Of a stretch of 64,000 nucleotides of DNA, positions 1-9,845 are shown one piece after another. Each line of letters opens with the position of its first letter. Positions within the stretch are counted from its first letter, which is position 1. Source of the stretch: an uncultured virus (IMG/VR IMGVR_UViG_3300014656_001812) (taxonomy: Duplodnaviria; Heunggongvirae; Uroviricota; Caudoviricetes). The DNA lies in the IMG/VR virus record IMGVR_UViG_3300014656_001812; one strand, 5' to 3'. The position numbers and the translations under genes were made by a program. The notes under the pieces are model-generated. The model was not told where the DNA came from and did no database searches. It saw nothing but the letters and a program-made list of their open reading frames with translations.

Positions 1-1224
1 AAGGTTTGCTGGATGAGCGACGATATAAGTTCGATGGCCACAGGATACAGTAATGAGAGTCGTCAGATATGTTTCGGATTACGAGATGCGGGCCATGAGG
101 TTGTGTTTCTTGGATGCCATGCTCCTCAGTTCTATGACCACGAATATGAAGGTATGAAGATACATTCAATTATGGGTACGGGTCACCGCGCGAGTGTGCA
201 ACAGATACTTGCTTCTGAAAAGCCCGATGTATTCATTACATTCTGGGACTTAAGGAAATTGATGCACATAATGCAAATGGATCGCTTCATTAAGTGTCCT
301 TGGTTAATGTACTATCTTTTAGACGATAAACCATTGCCCTGGGAATATCTCAGGATGTATCGCGTGCCTCAACTGACGATAGTGCCAGGCTCTAAATTCC
401 TCAAGGGTCTCTATGATGATGCTGGTATTGAAACGGCTGATGCTGTACAATTAGGAACAGATACTGATTTCTTTAAGCCATTAGACCCAGAAATACGTAG
501 GAAATTGAAGCGCGCGACGCTTGGCGGAGAGTGCGTCAATAAGACGGTCTTTGGTTTTGTTGGCAAGAATATGCCAAGGAAGAACATTCCTTTATTGATG
601 GAAGCCTTTTGTTCTCTTCCTAATGAAGTAAGGAAAGCTTCTATCTTGATGTTACATACACAAGCCCAACCTATTGAGATGGGACCACAAGGGCCCGTGA
701 TGATAGGCCATGACTTGCTGAACCTGAGGAAGTTTCAGTATAAATCTGACAACATTATTTTCTCTGGCCCCGATGGACGTATAGACTTTGATATGAATAG
801 CGTATATAATGTATTTGATTATGGCATTAGCGCGACCTTCCAAGAAGGATGGGGAAAAACTTCAACCGAATCGATGGCGGCGGGATTACCTATGATAATC
901 ACTGATGTATCCACAGCTTCTGAGATATGTGGGGAAGACTGGCCATTTATTGTGCCAGCAGGTGCTACTAACCTTTATCCTGGCGTCTCTATTAACGCCA
1001 GTTATCCTTCTGTTGAGACGATGGCACAAAAGATGGAAGAGGCTTTCTATATTCATAGAGATGAGCCCGCGCGCTATCAGGAACTATGCGAATATAGTAG
1101 ACAGAGGATATTAGACAGCATGACCCTACAGCATACGATAGATGGATGGTTGAAAGTATTAGATGATGCCAAGGACCGTGCAGGTTGGAAAGATGAGTAT
1201 ATGTTTGAGGAGGTTGTGATATAA
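1..1224 (+). CDS. GT4 (GT-B fold) glycosyltransferase, probably 5'-truncated by the window edge
   Basis: Frame is open from base 1 (KVCWMSDD...TGY). Motifs GFVGKNMPRKN and EGWGKTSTESMAAG match the GT4 E-x7-E signature. Confidence 0.9.
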   Translation, partial: KVCWMSDDISSMATGYSNESRQICFGLRDAGHEVVFLGCHAPQFYDHEYEGMKIHSIMGTGHRASVQQILASEKPDVFITFWDLRKLMHIMQMDRFIKCPWLMYYLLDDKPLPWEYLRMYRVPQLTIVPGSKFLKGLYDDAGIETADAVQLGTDTDFFKPLDPEIRRKLKRATLGGECVNKTVFGFVGKNMPRKNIPLLMEAFCSLPNEVRKASILMLHTQAQPIEMGPQGPVMIGHDLLNLRKFQYKSDNIIFSGPDGRIDFDMNSVYNVFDYGISATFQEGWGKTSTESMAAGLPMIITDVSTASEICGEDWPFIVPAGATNLYPGVSINASYPSVETMAQKMEEAFYIHRDEPARYQELCEYSRQRILDSMTLQHTIDGWLKVLDDAKDRAGWKDEYMFEEVVI

Positions 1225-1466
1225 TGGAAGAGAAAAAGAAATGGAGAATCACTTCCTTCTTTGGTCACGAACACGCTTCGTGTGGTGAATATCATCCTAA
1301 TAATGTTACTGAGACAGAGGAAATGACGCGAGACGAAATTGTTGAACACGTCAAGGAAATTCGATTACTTGGAATATGGACAGAAGAGGGAGATACCATT
1401 ATATCTAGGACGCCATATATAATAGTAGCCAAGGTTATAAAAGAGTGGAAGGAGGATAAAGATTGA
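1224..1466 (+). CDS. hypothetical protein (80 aa)
   Basis: TAATG-coupled to the upstream gene, with a GAGGAGG Shine-Dalgarno upstream. Confidence 0.7.
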   Translation: MEEKKKWRITSFFGHEHASCGEYHPNNVTETEEMTRDEIVEHVKEIRLLGIWTEEGDTIISRTPYIIVAKVIKEWKEDKD

Positions 1467-2569
1467 TAGTTCTAAGATTCCCCGCGTGGGGACAGACAGG
1501 ATATAGTCGCATTGGATGGGGTTTCGCTAAAGCGTTGTATGACATCGCGCCCGATGAACTTGTGATTCATCCCGTGATGTGGGCCACGATGCAGGATATC
1601 TATCTACCAGAAGATTATCAGCGTATCCTACAGCATTGTCGTCCCAAGACTGGTGGTCTCAATCCTTATGAGGATACCCTCGTATGTTTCCAATTGCCAT
1701 CTGATGTAGCAAAGGCGCCAGTCCTTCCTAATACCTTTGTCTATACTATGCTGGAGACTACGGGCATCGCGCCTCAATGGGCAGAGATAATCAACTCTAT
1801 CAAGGGTTGTATAGTCCCTTGTGCGGGGAACATACAATCATTTAAGAGTTGTGGTGCTAATAATGTTCAGTGTGTGCCACCCGCCGCCGATTATAGCATC
1901 TTCAATCCCGAACCTCGTGATGGCGCGCTTGTATTAGAGAATCTCAACAAGTTCAATGTCTTCTGTTCAGTTCAGGTTAGTCCGCGCAAGAACCTACCCG
2001 AACTCGTCTCTGCTTATTGTGATACCTTCGGCAAAGAGAAGGATGCGACGCTATTCGTCAAGGCTCACGGACAAGGTTATAGCACCGTAGAGATGTTTGA
2101 CATCGCTGATGAGGTCAAGCGCCTGAAGAAAGGTATGAAAGCCAATATTGTTCTTATTTATGATACTGTGAGTGATTATGAGTTGGCTGACATCTATAGA
2201 CAGATGGATATGTATATGACGGCGTCCTTCGGCGAGTCGTGGGACTATCCCCGCTTTGAGTCGTTGGTATGTGGTGTTCCTGCTATAGGCACGGCATTTA
2301 TAGGACCTGATATGTATCTCTCAGATGAAGCATTTAGAGTGAAGTATCAGTTGATGGACGTCGGCGCGCCACCTAACCCGATATATACAACGGGGCAGAT
2401 GTGGGCGCGACCAGAGCCTATTGACTTGCGTAGGAAGATGACGGCAGTATATAAGAATCCAAAGATGTATAAAGATAAAGCCTTAAAGTTGTCAGAGAAG
2501 ATTAGAGAGACCTATACCTGGGAGAAGAGCGCGAAGGCTCTCTTGGATATAGTGAAGAAGGAGAAATGA
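1463..2569 (+). CDS. GT4 glycosyltransferase
   Basis: TTG start after AGGAGG. Motifs TGY, YTMLET, RKNL and GESWDYPRFESLVCG (E-x7-E), with a C-terminal YTWE. Confidence 0.88.
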   Translation: MIVLRFPAWGQTGYSRIGWGFAKALYDIAPDELVIHPVMWATMQDIYLPEDYQRILQHCRPKTGGLNPYEDTLVCFQLPSDVAKAPVLPNTFVYTMLETTGIAPQWAEIINSIKGCIVPCAGNIQSFKSCGANNVQCVPPAADYSIFNPEPRDGALVLENLNKFNVFCSVQVSPRKNLPELVSAYCDTFGKEKDATLFVKAHGQGYSTVEMFDIADEVKRLKKGMKANIVLIYDTVSDYELADIYRQMDMYMTASFGESWDYPRFESLVCGVPAIGTAFIGPDMYLSDEAFRVKYQLMDVGAPPNPIYTTGQMWARPEPIDLRRKMTAVYKNPKMYKDKALKLSEKIRETYTWEKSAKALLDIVKKEK

Positions 2570-2570
2570 T

Positions 2571-2885
2571 ATGGAAGAGAAATTGATTGTATGGGAATGT
2601 GAATCAAGTACTGATGATATGAACATTCTCGTGCCAGGCTATCCAGAAGCATTTTTGGGAGTTGAGCCAGACCCATATAGTGATTACAAATTCATTATGC
2701 GTGTGCTTCTGAATACAGGAAATCCTGACCACTTGATTACCTTCAAGATTATATCCAATGAACCCTTGGTATTCGACCACGCTAGATTGACGCTTAAGGA
2801 ATCGTATCTTGGAACTATGATAAGAGAAGAAAGAAGGGTTTATATATTTGTTGATGGTATAAAACCTTGTAAGGAAGGAGTATAA
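2571..2885 (+). CDS. hypothetical protein
   Basis: Fills the operon gap, has an AAGGAG SD and is coupled to the next gene. Confidence 0.7.
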   Translation: MEEKLIVWECESSTDDMNILVPGYPEAFLGVEPDPYSDYKFIMRVLLNTGNPDHLITFKIISNEPLVFDHARLTLKESYLGTMIREERRVYIFVDGIKPCKEGV

Positions 2886-3628
2886 TGAAGGTTAGTGCAA
2901 TAATTCCAACTTGGAATCTCTCATCTAAACTGGACAAATGTCTTGAACATCTGTATAAGTATACAGATATGGACAAGGTTCAGATTATTATAGTAGACAA
3001 TGGCTCTAATGATGAGACGTTTCATATGGTGATGGACAAGTATTTTAGGCACGGCACAGATTCATACTTGAAGTTGGCAAGGAACCACGGCTTTGGTGAG
3101 GCTTCTAATATGGGAGCACGCGCCTCGGATGGCGAACTCTTGCTATTCCTCAACAATGATGTTTATGTCTCAGAAGAAGGGTGGCTTGATAATATGGCGT
3201 CAGAAATCTTAGCAGGGGCAACCATAGTAGGGCATAAGTTACTATATGCTAATGATACCATACAGCACGCGGGCATATTCTTCAATGTCCAAGGGATTCC
3301 TCTTCATTTATGGAGAGGCAAGCCTGCTGATTATGAGCCGACGCTTCATACCAAGAGACTGACAGCCGTCACGGGTGCTTGTATGATGATATGTTCAGAT
3401 GACTTCTCTCGTCTAGGGGGTTTTGATACTTCATATATCAATGGCTTCGAAGACATTGATCTGTGTTTCAAGTCTGTCTCAATGAGCGGTCGCATAAGTT
3501 GTTGTATGGATAGTAAGATATATCACGATGAGTGTAGCACACCATCTAGGAGAGACTTTGATGCGCGCAACGCACAGATATTTGTATCTAGATGGTTCGC
3601 GCCACAGGTTCGTGGAGGTAGTGAATGA
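2885..3628 (+). CDS. GT2 glycosyltransferase
   Basis: Motifs IIPTWN, VDNGSND, LFLNND, AVTGAC, GGFD and FEDIDLC. Confidence 0.93.
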   Translation: MKVSAIIPTWNLSSKLDKCLEHLYKYTDMDKVQIIIVDNGSNDETFHMVMDKYFRHGTDSYLKLARNHGFGEASNMGARASDGELLLFLNNDVYVSEEGWLDNMASEILAGATIVGHKLLYANDTIQHAGIFFNVQGIPLHLWRGKPADYEPTLHTKRLTAVTGACMMICSDDFSRLGGFDTSYINGFEDIDLCFKSVSMSGRISCCMDSKIYHDECSTPSRRDFDARNAQIFVSRWFAPQVRGGSE

Positions 3629-4359
3629 TAACTGGAATTATGTTGTTTGATGACAGCACTGATGTTGCCAATGTTCGTGAGACAGTTGGGTCTCTAACAA
3701 CGTCTTCTTCCAATGTTGAATGGAACATAGCGCTTATTGCTGGAGGGGAAGAAGCATTTGGTAAGGTTGAGGATATATTATGTCCACACTCTCTCGCCGA
3801 ATATCCAACAGATATGAATGTAGAGGAAGTCTATAATGAGATGATGGCTCGCTCGCTCGGCAGCGATGTCTTTTGTATATGTAAGCCAGACTTACATATG
3901 AATTCAGACAAATGGGATGATGAGGTTGAGTTTGTCCTGTCTAATAGTGGGCGCGTAGGTCTACTCGCTGCTAACACTGAACACGAAAGCCTATGTCAGA
4001 TAGTGCCAGGACTAGGCTATGATGCTAGATTCAGAATTGGAAATATACAGACACCTCAAGGCGTTGTATCTGTTGACCTCGCGCCAGGACCACTTCCAAT
4101 TCGTGGAGATATGTTGTTCATACCCCAGAGAACCTTTGAAATGCTAGGCTTCTTTTCTGGTGGATATCTTGACCCCGAAGGCTATGTCGTTGACTACTGC
4201 TGGCGCTTGGCTATGACAGGATTATTCAAGGGTTATCTTCCATCGTTGAATCTGGTGAGGCGCACGGAAGAGCCAGATATGTCATTATTGACGGAGTATA
4301 ATGCTGACTTCATAGAGAAGGTTCAGCGTCGGTATGAAGATTTCTATGTAGGAGAGTGA
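3625..4359 (+). CDS. divergent GT-A/GT2-like protein
   Basis: Remnants of GT2 motifs (YNEMM..S, CICKPD, FEMLGFF, VVDYCWRL) in a glycosyltransferase context. Confidence 0.55.
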   Translation: MITGIMLFDDSTDVANVRETVGSLTTSSSNVEWNIALIAGGEEAFGKVEDILCPHSLAEYPTDMNVEEVYNEMMARSLGSDVFCICKPDLHMNSDKWDDEVEFVLSNSGRVGLLAANTEHESLCQIVPGLGYDARFRIGNIQTPQGVVSVDLAPGPLPIRGDMLFIPQRTFEMLGFFSGGYLDPEGYVVDYCWRLAMTGLFKGYLPSLNLVRRTEEPDMSLLTEYNADFIEKVQRRYEDFYVGE

Positions 4360-4363
4360 TAGT

Positions 4364-4468
4364 ATGCGTCATCCGCGCAAGAAGCCTCCCGTTCGTAAAG
4401 AGATTCCTCGGCAGGATGAGCAGTGGAAGGCTGACAAGAACGGTAAGCGTGAAAAGAAGGAGAAGTAG
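4364..4468 (+). CDS. small basic protein, 34 aa (MRHPRKKPPVRKEIPRQDEQWKADKNGKREKKEK); not in the ORF track
   Basis: ATG at 4364 after AGGAG; TAG ends at 4468 and abuts the next ATG. It fills the only gap in the operon. Confidence 0.6.
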   Translation: MRHPRKKPPVRKEIPRQDEQWKADKNGKREKKEK

Positions 4469-5599
4469 ATGATACCTCTGTTCAAGGTCTTTATGTCTGA
4501 TAAAGTACCTGAAACTATCGGCAAAGTTTTGATGAGTGGATACATCGGCCAAGGTCCTAAGGTAGATGAATTCGAGGGCGTGCTTCGTGAATATTTCAAT
4601 CACGATTATATATTGACACTTAATAATGGCACTGCCGGACTACACTTAGCATTACATATGCTTCGCAATCCGTCTCCTGGTTCTTGGTGCGACCGACGAG
4701 TTGTGTTGTCTACTCCTCAAACCTGTCTTGCTACCAATACTCCTATCATACAGGAAGGATTCAAGATACGATGGGTGGATGTGAATCCCAACACAATGAA
4801 TATAGACCTCACTGATCTTGCCAGAAAGATAGATGAGAATGTAGCAGGGATAACATTTGTCCATTGGGGCGGCTCGCCTGTTGATTTGAATGGTGTCAAC
4901 GAGGTGCTAGACAATGCCGAAAAGATGTATGGGTATCGTCCGTTCATTATAGAGGACTGCGCTCACGCACTTGGAGCGACATATGACAACAAACTCATAG
5001 GCACTCACGGTAACTATTGTATGTTCAGTCTACAGGCTATCAAGCACATTACCGCCATAGATGGTGGGCTCTTGCTGACACCAAATATTGAATCATATTG
5101 CAGAGGTAAGTTGCTTCGTTGGTACGGCATAGATAGAGAGACGAACAGAAAGAATTTTCGTTGTGAATTAGATGTCGCCGAAGCGGGATTTAAATATCAT
5201 ATGAATGATGTTTGTGCTACCGTAGGTATGGAGAACTTCAAGAGTCTTGATGCTATCTTGAGAGCACAGCGAGGGAATGCCAACTATTATGATGAGAACC
5301 TCAAAGATATTCCAGGAGTTGAACTCATAGAGGTCCTGCCTGATGCTGAAAGCGCCTACTGGCTCTATACTATAAAGGTAGAAGACCGCGCTGGCTTTAT
5401 GGAGAGTATGAAGGCTCACGATATAATGGTTAGTCAGGTTCATCAGCGTAATGATATACATAGTTGTATGGATAGATATAGGTCTTTACTTCCGGGACTA
5501 GATGCTCTATGTAGGAAAAATGTGTGCATCCCGGTGGGATGGTGGATAGACGAAGAGAACAGAAAGTACATTGTTGAGACGATTAAGAGAGGATGGTGA
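4469..5599 (+). CDS. DegT/DnrJ/EryC1/StrS family PLP-dependent sugar aminotransferase
   Basis: Motifs GPKVDEFE, NNGTAGLHLAL, IIEDCAHALG, FSLQAIKHIT (PLP lysine) and GFKYHMND. Confidence 0.95.
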   Translation: MIPLFKVFMSDKVPETIGKVLMSGYIGQGPKVDEFEGVLREYFNHDYILTLNNGTAGLHLALHMLRNPSPGSWCDRRVVLSTPQTCLATNTPIIQEGFKIRWVDVNPNTMNIDLTDLARKIDENVAGITFVHWGGSPVDLNGVNEVLDNAEKMYGYRPFIIEDCAHALGATYDNKLIGTHGNYCMFSLQAIKHITAIDGGLLLTPNIESYCRGKLLRWYGIDRETNRKNFRCELDVAEAGFKYHMNDVCATVGMENFKSLDAILRAQRGNANYYDENLKDIPGVELIEVLPDAESAYWLYTIKVEDRAGFMESMKAHDIMVSQVHQRNDIHSCMDRYRSLLPGLDALCRKNVCIPVGWWIDEENRKYIVETIKRGW

Positions 5600-6198
5600 T
5601 GGAAGCAATAGCAGAAAATCCTTATGTAGGATGGAACGAGGACATAAAGAAATACCTAGGTCGATGTTCTGATGAACATGTTTATATAGGAAATCAGGTA
5701 ATCTTTACCTGTCCCCAGTATGTGGAGCTAGATCATCATGTTAGAATTGATCCATTTACCTTGGTTACCGCGCGCCTGCAGATTGGACATCATTCTCATG
5801 TTGGATCGCATGTCCTGATAGGAGGTGGCTCTGGAAGCAAGGTTAAGATGGGGAAATGGACAACACTAGTCTATGGATCCAAACTCCTATGCGGATCTGA
5901 AGACGCGACAGGAGAACATGGTCCTATAAATGCCCCTTGGGGGAATAATAAGGTCATTAGTGGGGACATTACTATAGAAGACTTTGGAGTTGTATTTAGT
6001 AACTGTCTTATAATGCCCGGCATCACAATACCTGAGGGATGTGTAATCGGTGCAGGAAGTACTATTACCAAGAAAATGTCTAGTCATCTGGAGCCCTGGA
6101 GTGTATACCTCGGCACGCCCCCAAGACTTCTTTATAGAAGGAACAAAGGAAAGATACTAGAACTAGCAGAAGATCCGAAATTCTTGAAATTTGGATAG
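5593..6198 (+). CDS. hexapeptide-repeat (left-handed beta-helix) acyl/acetyltransferase
   Basis: Hexapeptide repeats; ITIEDF..IMPGITIPEGCVIGAGS; PWSVYLGTPPR. Confidence 0.9.
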   Translation: MVMEAIAENPYVGWNEDIKKYLGRCSDEHVYIGNQVIFTCPQYVELDHHVRIDPFTLVTARLQIGHHSHVGSHVLIGGGSGSKVKMGKWTTLVYGSKLLCGSEDATGEHGPINAPWGNNKVISGDITIEDFGVVFSNCLIMPGITIPEGCVIGAGSTITKKMSSHLEPWSVYLGTPPRLLYRRNKGKILELAEDPKFLKFG

Positions 6199-6202
6199 AT
6201 AG

Positions 6203-6955
6203 ATGAAAATACTAATATTGTTGCTATACTATAATCGTCCTAATATGGTGAAGAACGCCCTATATTCTATAAAAGACTCTACCCATACAGACTGGGAACT
6301 AGCATTTATGGATGATGGTAGTGATAAGAGCGCATTGAACGTGGTAGCAGACGTTTTGGGTGAGGATCTTCGTAAAGTCAAGTATTATAATACTAAGGAT
6401 AGTGTAGAAGATAAGAGACAGCGGGAGAGTGGATTCTATGGAGGCAGCATCATTGGAAAGCATATGAATGATGCTATACAAGAATCAGATGCTGACATAT
6501 GTATCCTGTTATGCGATGATGACGCACTACTTCCAGACTATATGTCCAACTTGTCTAAGTATTTCACAGAACATCCTGAAGTGATGTATGCCTATTCTCA
6601 TATTGTTCCATATGATCCATTAAAGGAGAGCGCGCTGAGAATAGATCCTTCCAGACCATTGGTAGGAGAATTATTAGGCGCTGCTCAAGCATTCAATTCT
6701 AGGACAGAACCGACAAATCCTGTGTGTCACTTGGATGCTTCTCAGGTTGTATGGAGGAGAGAATGTAATCTCGCTGGGTGTTGGTTCGGTTTCCCTCGTA
6801 CAAAGAATCTTGATGAGAGTATATACCATGGTCTGTTCAATAAGTATGGGGTATGTGCTTTCACTGGATTCCGCGGACAGTTTAAAGGTATACACTTTAA
6901 CCAACTTTGTCGTCTCGACGCTAACAGTTATGCTATAATTGACAAGGAGGAATGA
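6203..6955 (+). CDS. GT2 glycosyltransferase
   Basis: Motifs YYNRP, DWELAFMDDGSD and LCDDD. Confidence 0.88.
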   Translation: MKILILLLYYNRPNMVKNALYSIKDSTHTDWELAFMDDGSDKSALNVVADVLGEDLRKVKYYNTKDSVEDKRQRESGFYGGSIIGKHMNDAIQESDADICILLCDDDALLPDYMSNLSKYFTEHPEVMYAYSHIVPYDPLKESALRIDPSRPLVGELLGAAQAFNSRTEPTNPVCHLDASQVVWRRECNLAGCWFGFPRTKNLDESIYHGLFNKYGVCAFTGFRGQFKGIHFNQLCRLDANSYAIIDKEE

Positions 6956-7830
6956 TGAATTTATCCCACGCTGAAAGAAATATCTTGTCTGAATTGATGG
7001 CGTCTGTTAGTGAGAAGTGTGGCACTACGTATTCGGAAGTGTCTACTGGTTCGCCTAATGAGATAAGCCTCAAGGGGCCTTTGTCCTTCTCTGGCAATCA
7101 ACGTATCTGTATTCCTGGCATCGCTATTGATGGCGAACCGAAGAATATGATTGGTATATATTCCTCGTGTGAGGACTTTGTCTTGGTGAACTCAGTGGCA
7201 CGCACGGCGAAAGCACATTATGAAGAATTAGAGAAAACCAGAACATATTTTATCATTTGTGGCAGTGAGAAGTACATTGATGGAGGAATGAAAACATTCA
7301 ATGGTATTGTTGGAGATGTAGTTGTCCCTTGTTTGGTCAACAATGTCTCTACAATGACGGAAGCCGCTCAGACTTGTGGTACTATGATTGGCGACGGCGC
7401 GTTGGCGAGATGCTTGATGTTATCAAGTCGTCCCATAGTATATTGGTATGGCTCTGGATATTCATACGTTGTCCCTGGCAAAGGAAAGCCCAGTATGGCA
7501 TTGTCTCAGAATTACATTGCGCCCAAGAATACTGGTCAGAATATTCTTGCTGATCCTATATGGATGGCTATTAAGATGAAAGTAGTCGCCACCACCGAAT
7601 TAGAACTTAGAACCAAAGTGAATGACGAAGCATATTGGGCGGGCATCGAACGTGACATATTGACAAGAATGATAATGATATGTGAGGAGAATGGTACTAC
7701 ATATCATGAATATAAGACTCTCGTTACTGGACTTGGGCGTGGCATAATAGAAGCAGATGAAAATATCTCGCTCGAGGCGATCATAGAGAACATATGTCAA
7801 CGAATATCGATAGGATCTGCGGGCTACTAG
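6952..7830 (+). CDS. hypothetical protein
   Basis: Long ORF with an AAGGAGG SD; no recognised motif. Confidence 0.7.
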   Translation: MMNLSHAERNILSELMASVSEKCGTTYSEVSTGSPNEISLKGPLSFSGNQRICIPGIAIDGEPKNMIGIYSSCEDFVLVNSVARTAKAHYEELEKTRTYFIICGSEKYIDGGMKTFNGIVGDVVVPCLVNNVSTMTEAAQTCGTMIGDGALARCLMLSSRPIVYWYGSGYSYVVPGKGKPSMALSQNYIAPKNTGQNILADPIWMAIKMKVVATTELELRTKVNDEAYWAGIERDILTRMIMICEENGTTYHEYKTLVTGLGRGIIEADENISLEAIIENICQRISIGSAGY

Positions 7831-8690
7831 TCAGGCTTGGAGTAGTTCAGTTCACTATTACTGGAGACCATATTCGTTGTCAGTGTCCTATCCACGGCGG
7901 GGATAATCCTACATCGCTGGCTATCAATTATAGGAATGGACTATACTTCTGTCACTCTAATTGTTCTCCCGAAGAGAGGAGTGGTGGGCTGGTTAAACTT
8001 ATCTGTTTATCCATGGGATGTTCATCTGAAGAGGCCGCGATATTACTAGCGGGCATAGAATTAGACCCCTCGTCAATATCTAAGCCACAGAAGGCACCCA
8101 TAGTTCCTTTGAGTCAACAAGAGATAGACAACTTTGAGCAGAAAACGACACATTGTTATGGATATAGGGGATATGAGCCTAAGACTATAGAAGAATTCAA
8201 TATCAGAAAAGGAGTAGATTATCCTTACTCTGATAGAGTCTGGGTTCCCTTAAATGATAGAGAAGGGTGGACTATAGGATATAAAGGGAGAGCCACAAGC
8301 GCCGATATGGGTAGTAAGTATATCTTTCTGCCCCGTGGAGTGCCTAAGTCGCAACTGCTCTTTAACCTTCATAGGATTAAAGAGTCTTGCTGGATCGTGG
8401 TATGCGAAGGCGAGTTTGACTGTATTAATCTCCATAGGAATGGCTACCCCTGCGTCGCTACTATGTCAAGCAAGGCATCTGCGACACAATTAGAACTGCT
8501 CTCTGGTTTTGATAGAGTAGTAGTATTCTATGACAATGATGAAGCGGGCCATGCGGGCGCGGATGAACTGGAGAATCAGTTAAAGAATATCGTAGGTATA
8601 GTATTTCCACCCCCATTTAAAGACGCTGGAGACTTGACGCAAGAAGAACTATATGATATAATAGGGAGATATGTTGATGGAACTGGTTAA
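7794..8690 (+). CDS. dnaG: DnaG-like DNA primase (CHC2 zinc finger + TOPRIM)
   Basis: CPIH...CHSNC zinc finger; TOPRIM motifs CEGEFD, YDNDEAG and KDAGD. Confidence 0.92.
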   Translation: MSTNIDRICGLLVRLGVVQFTITGDHIRCQCPIHGGDNPTSLAINYRNGLYFCHSNCSPEERSGGLVKLICLSMGCSSEEAAILLAGIELDPSSISKPQKAPIVPLSQQEIDNFEQKTTHCYGYRGYEPKTIEEFNIRKGVDYPYSDRVWVPLNDREGWTIGYKGRATSADMGSKYIFLPRGVPKSQLLFNLHRIKESCWIVVCEGEFDCINLHRNGYPCVATMSSKASATQLELLSGFDRVVVFYDNDEAGHAGADELENQLKNIVGIVFPPPFKDAGDLTQEELYDIIGRYVDGTG

Positions 8691-8705
8691 GATAGGGAGT
8701 ATAGT

Positions 8706-8981
8706 ATGACATATTTAGAAAGAACAATGCAACCAACGGCGGATAGGATACTTCTTGAGGTTATCAAGGAAGAGTCTGTCCAAGGTATTATCTTGCCCGA
8801 ATTGGCAATGAGAAAGGCGGGCGAGCCATTCGTCGGTGTCGCCGTGGCCATTGGTCCTGAATGTGAATTCGTTCAGGTAGGAGATATGGTTTTATTCTTA
8901 GGTGGAGTTCAGGTGTGGAATAGAAAGGATCACCTGGCACTTATAAAAGAATTTGATATTATAGCGGTTCACGGTGAATGA
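8706..8981 (+). CDS. groES: GroES/Cpn10 co-chaperonin
   Basis: Motifs PTADRILL, GIILP, VAIGP, VQVGDMVLF and EFDIIA. Confidence 0.88.
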   Translation: MTYLERTMQPTADRILLEVIKEESVQGIILPELAMRKAGEPFVGVAVAIGPECEFVQVGDMVLFLGGVQVWNRKDHLALIKEFDIIAVHGE

Positions 8982-9216
8982 TATGAAATGTCCTAATTGT
9001 GGGAGCGAAGAGATATTTGCCGTCGGCACTATATATGCAGAGGTATTAGATATCTCAGATGATGGAGATGTTGATATTGATAACGTCTGTATCTCGGAAC
9101 AGATTGATTGGAATGATGCGCGAATTATGTGTACTAATTGTCAATACGAATGGGAAAATGTATATGCCTTAATGGAAGGCGTAGTAGAGACGACAGATCT
9201 GGAGGAAGACCAGTGA
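8974..9216 (+). CDS. small acidic zinc-ribbon protein
   Basis: CPNC...CTNC. Confidence 0.7.
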   Translation: MNDMKCPNCGSEEIFAVGTIYAEVLDISDDGDVDIDNVCISEQIDWNDARIMCTNCQYEWENVYALMEGVVETTDLEEDQ

Positions 9217-9845
9217 TTATAGGACTGATGGGTCGTGCTGGAAGTGGTAAGGATACCGCGGCGCGTTATCTTGTGGAGAAGTACGGCTTCACGGAGCTAA
9301 AGAACGCCCGTATGCTAAAGAGAATCGTTGAGATTTATATGAAAGAAGGAGAGATTCTTCCCGAGGAACTCTATGCGATACTGCTTCCTAATGAGGATAA
9401 AGATGTAGAACTGGAGCATATAAGCGAACTGATAAAGATTATAGACAAGCCAGAATTAGAAGAAGCCACGCGTCGTCGGTATCTCCAGATTGTAGTGGGT
9501 AGTTTATGTAGGCTGATGGATAAAGATATATTCGCATTCGATACAGCAACGGCGGTTCGTTATACTAATAAAGACTTCGTCGTCTCTGATGTTAGATATC
9601 CTAACGAGCATAGACTCTTGAAATCATATGGTGATGATGTAGTATTAGTATATCTTGACCGTCCCTCCGAAGCAATAGCAAAAGTTCGTCCTGATGTGAC
9701 CCCTGTGGTCGCTCGGCATTCCAGTGAAGGCTCTGTCTTCCCTGAAGATGCCGACTATGTCTTCACTGGTGATGGGATAGAGAATCTCTTAGAATTCATA
9801 GATGAAGTTATGGAGAAGGAATCTAATAAAGAAAATGGTATATAA
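9213..9845 (+). CDS. phage deoxynucleoside monophosphate kinase
   Basis: GTG start at 9213 after GGAGG; P-loop GRAGSGKDT; VVSDVRYPNE motif. Confidence 0.9.
   Translation: MIIGLMGRAGSGKDTAARYLVEKYGFTELKNARMLKRIVEIYMKEGEILPEELYAILLPNEDKDVELEHISELIKIIDKPELEEATRRRYLQIVVGSLCRLMDKDIFAFDTATAVRYTNKDFVVSDVRYPNEHRLLKSYGDDVVLVYLDRPSEAIAKVRPDVTPVVARHSSEGSVFPEDADYVFTGDGIENLLEFIDEVMEKESNKENGI

Noticed and set aside
1..6955. Bacterial O-antigen or capsule locus
   Set aside because: No flippase, polymerase or initiating transferase, and the block is directly coupled to phage-type replication genes.
9138..9212. ORF-track N-terminal extension of the dNMP kinase
   Set aside because: It overlaps the zinc-ribbon gene; the GTG at 9213 has an SD and gives the usual family start.
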